A DNA stretch of 36,924 bases from Gemmatimonadales bacterium (lineage in GTDB: Bacteria > Gemmatimonadota > Gemmatimonadetes > Gemmatimonadales > GWC2-71-9): contig JBBQJU010000003.1 of assembly GCA_038326215.1 (NCBI GenBank), forward strand, positions 1 to 36,924, in the 5' to 3' direction. The translations under genes and the position numbers were made by a program. Positions 35,087 through 36,924 of the stretch are shown piece after piece. Below the pieces are notes generated by a model. That model saw only the letters and a list, made by a program, of their open reading frames with translations, was not told the origin of the DNA and did not search any database. Each line of letters opens with the position of its first letter. Position 1 is the first letter of the stretch.

Positions 35087-35431
35087 ATGACCCCCATCAC
35101 ATCAGCCCAACCGAATCGACGCCGCTTCCTCCGACGCCAACTGCTGCATTCCGCCGTGTCGTTTGCCGTGCTCGCCATCTCGCTCCTGATCGGGATGGTG
35201 GGGTACCGCTACTTCGAGCAGATGCCGTGGCGCGATGCCTTCCTGAACAGCGCGATGCTGCTGGGCGGGATGGGGCCGATCGCCACGGAGCTCACGGAGC
35301 CGGGCAAACTCTTCGCCGGCTTCTACGCGCTCTACTGCGGGTTGGTGGTGATCGCGGTGACGGGCCTGCTCCTCGCCCCGAGCGTGCACCACCTGATGAA
35401 GAAGGTGGATTGGGAGGACCGCGATACCTGA
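35087..35431 (+). CDS. Small two-TM membrane protein with K+-channel-pore-like architecture
   Basis: TM-GYRYFE-WRDAFLNSAMLLGGMGP-GKLFAGFYALYCGL-TM. Start at ATG 35087. Confidence 0.7.
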   Translation: MTPITSAQPNRRRFLRRQLLHSAVSFAVLAISLLIGMVGYRYFEQMPWRDAFLNSAMLLGGMGPIATELTEPGKLFAGFYALYCGLVVIAVTGLLLAPSVHHLMKKVDWEDRDT

Positions 35432-35483
35432 CGGTATCTTCCAGCCATCCCCGTTCCACATCCAGGCTCTTCCCGAGGCTTCC

Positions 35484-36924
35484 GTGCGCCACCTGTTCCG
35501 TGTGTCCTCCCTCTTCGCGCTGACCGCTCTCCTCCCCGCCCTCGCGGGTGCTCAACAGCGGCCTGCCGCCATCGACACCACCGCCTGGCGCGGCCTCGAA
35601 TGGCGGATGCTCGGCCCGGCGCACACGGGGCGGATGACCTCGGTCGTCGGCTCCGTGCAGCGGCCCGAGGAGTATTACGTCGGCACCACGGGTGGGGGCG
35701 TCTGGAAGACAGCTGACGGCGGCAAGAGCTGGAACCCAACCACCGACGCCTACTTCGGCGGGACGATCGGCGCCGTCGACCTCTTCCGCGGCAATCCCGA
35801 CATCGTCTGGGCCGGCGGCGGCGAGACGCCGATTCGTGGCAACGTCTCCCACGGCGATGGCGTCTGGAAGTCGCTCGACGCTGGCAAGACGTGGAGCGAC
35901 ATGGGGCTCCGCGAGACGCAGTACATCTCGCGGATCGTGACCCACCCGACCGACCCGAACATCGCCTATGTCGGTGCCCTCGGGCACGTCTTCGGACCGA
36001 ACCGGGAGCGCGGCGTCTACCGCACCAAGGATGGCGGGAAGAGCTGGCAGCAGATCCTCTTCAAGAATGACTCGACCGGCGTCGCCGACCTCGCGATGGA
36101 CCCGAGCAACCCGAACATTCTCTACGCTGGCTTCTGGCAGGCCGGTCGGACGCCGTGGATGCTGGTGAGCGGCGGCGCCGGCAGCGGCCTCTGGAAGACC
36201 ACCGACGGCGGTGACCACTGGACCGAACTGACTCGCACCCCAGGGCTGCCATCGGGCATCTGGGGCAATATCGGCATCGCGGTGTCGCCGGCGAATCCGA
36301 AGCGGATCTGGGCGATCATCGAAGCGGAGGCAGGCGGCGTCTATCGTTCCGACGATGCGGGGGCGACCTGGCAGTACCTCAACAGCGACCGCAACCTGCG
36401 CCAGCGCGCCTGGTATTACACCAAGCTGACCGCCGACCCGAAGGACAGCAACACCGTCTATGCCGGCAATGTCGGCGGCTACATCTCGAAAGATGGTGGC
36501 AAGACTTTTCAGAGCGGCCTCGGCAACGGCGATACCCACCAGTACTGGATCGACCCCACCAACCCGGCGCGGATCGCGGTCGCCGGTGACCCGGGCATCG
36601 TGATCTCGCTGGCCGGCGTGCAGACCCGTGCCAACATCCCGACGGGCCAGTACTACCACGTCCACCTGACCAACGCGTCGCCGTACGACGTCTGCGGCGC
36701 GGAACAGGATGGTGGGGTCGACTGCTTCCCGATCCGCGCGGCAGGTGGCGGCGGACGCGGCTTCGGCGGCGGCGGTAGCGCAGCTCCGGGTGGTGGACGC
36801 GGCGCGGCCGGCGCGGCCGGCGCGGCCGGCGCGGCCGGTGCGGCCGGTGCGGCCGGCGCGGCGCCCGCCGTGCCCGCCAGCCAGTACACGTTCACCACGC
36901 GCTACGGTGGTGCCGGCGGCGAGT
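35484..36924 (+). CDS. Second VPS10/BNR beta-propeller protein (putative glycosyl hydrolase), running off the window end
   Basis: Absent from the ORF track because it has no stop in the window. GTG 35484 with GAGG RBS gives MRHLFRVSSLFALTALLPALAGA|QQ..WRMLGPAHTGR, Asp-boxes TADGGKSW, SLDAGKTW and TTDGGDHW, QRAWYY, GQYYHV, CGAEQDGG. Confidence 0.88.
   Translation, partial: MRHLFRVSSLFALTALLPALAGAQQRPAAIDTTAWRGLEWRMLGPAHTGRMTSVVGSVQRPEEYYVGTTGGGVWKTADGGKSWNPTTDAYFGGTIGAVDLFRGNPDIVWAGGGETPIRGNVSHGDGVWKSLDAGKTWSDMGLRETQYISRIVTHPTDPNIAYVGALGHVFGPNRERGVYRTKDGGKSWQQILFKNDSTGVADLAMDPSNPNILYAGFWQAGRTPWMLVSGGAGSGLWKTTDGGDHWTELTRTPGLPSGIWGNIGIAVSPANPKRIWAIIEAEAGGVYRSDDAGATWQYLNSDRNLRQRAWYYTKLTADPKDSNTVYAGNVGGYISKDGGKTFQSGLGNGDTHQYWIDPTNPARIAVAGDPGIVISLAGVQTRANIPTGQYYHVHLTNASPYDVCGAEQDGGVDCFPIRAAGGGGRGFGGGGSAAPGGGRGAAGAAGAAGAAGAAGAAGAAPAVPASQYTFTTRYGGAGGE
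36801..36863 (+). repeat. 9-bp tandem repeat encoding (Gly-Ala-Ala)7
   Basis: GGCGCGGCC x4, GGTGCGGCC x2, GGCGCGGCG, in frame within the VPS10 gene. Confidence 0.9.

Overview
High-GC bacterial chromosomal window. The gene content (Hanks Ser/Thr kinase-TPR, two VPS10/BNR propeller proteins, M1 and M28 peptidases, Ig-like lipoprotein, UPF0182) suggests Gemmatimonadota, by inference only. I see no rRNA, tRNA, CRISPR array or mobile element. The standout is a tightly coupled five-gene minus-strand operon (23148->13962) that looks like a complete trans-envelope electron conduit: (1) a ferric-reductase/NOX-like di-heme b membrane protein with two H-x13-H helices; (2) a membrane-anchored zinc-ribbon/2x[Fe-S]/FAD-NAD(P)H oxidoreductase with a circularly permuted thioredoxin-reductase-like fold; (3) a 23-heme secreted c-type cytochrome; (4) a roughly 40-heme cytochrome built from exact 219-bp (73-aa) triheme repeats; (5) an outer-membrane beta-barrel. 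The two cytochromes end and begin with complementary parts of the same triheme module, which suggests a head-to-tail wire of about 63 hemes fed directly from cytoplasmic NAD(P)H. A second small redox module (4-His membrane protein, membrane protein, Tat-Rieske) lies divergent from a DosS-like GAF kinase and an OmpR-family regulator. Other points: an rnfD 3' remnant, intergenic heptamer repeats with hairpin and G-quadruplex potential, a probable decayed small gene, and a strong bias for Gln after signal peptides. All family calls come from motif recognition by eye; no database search was run.
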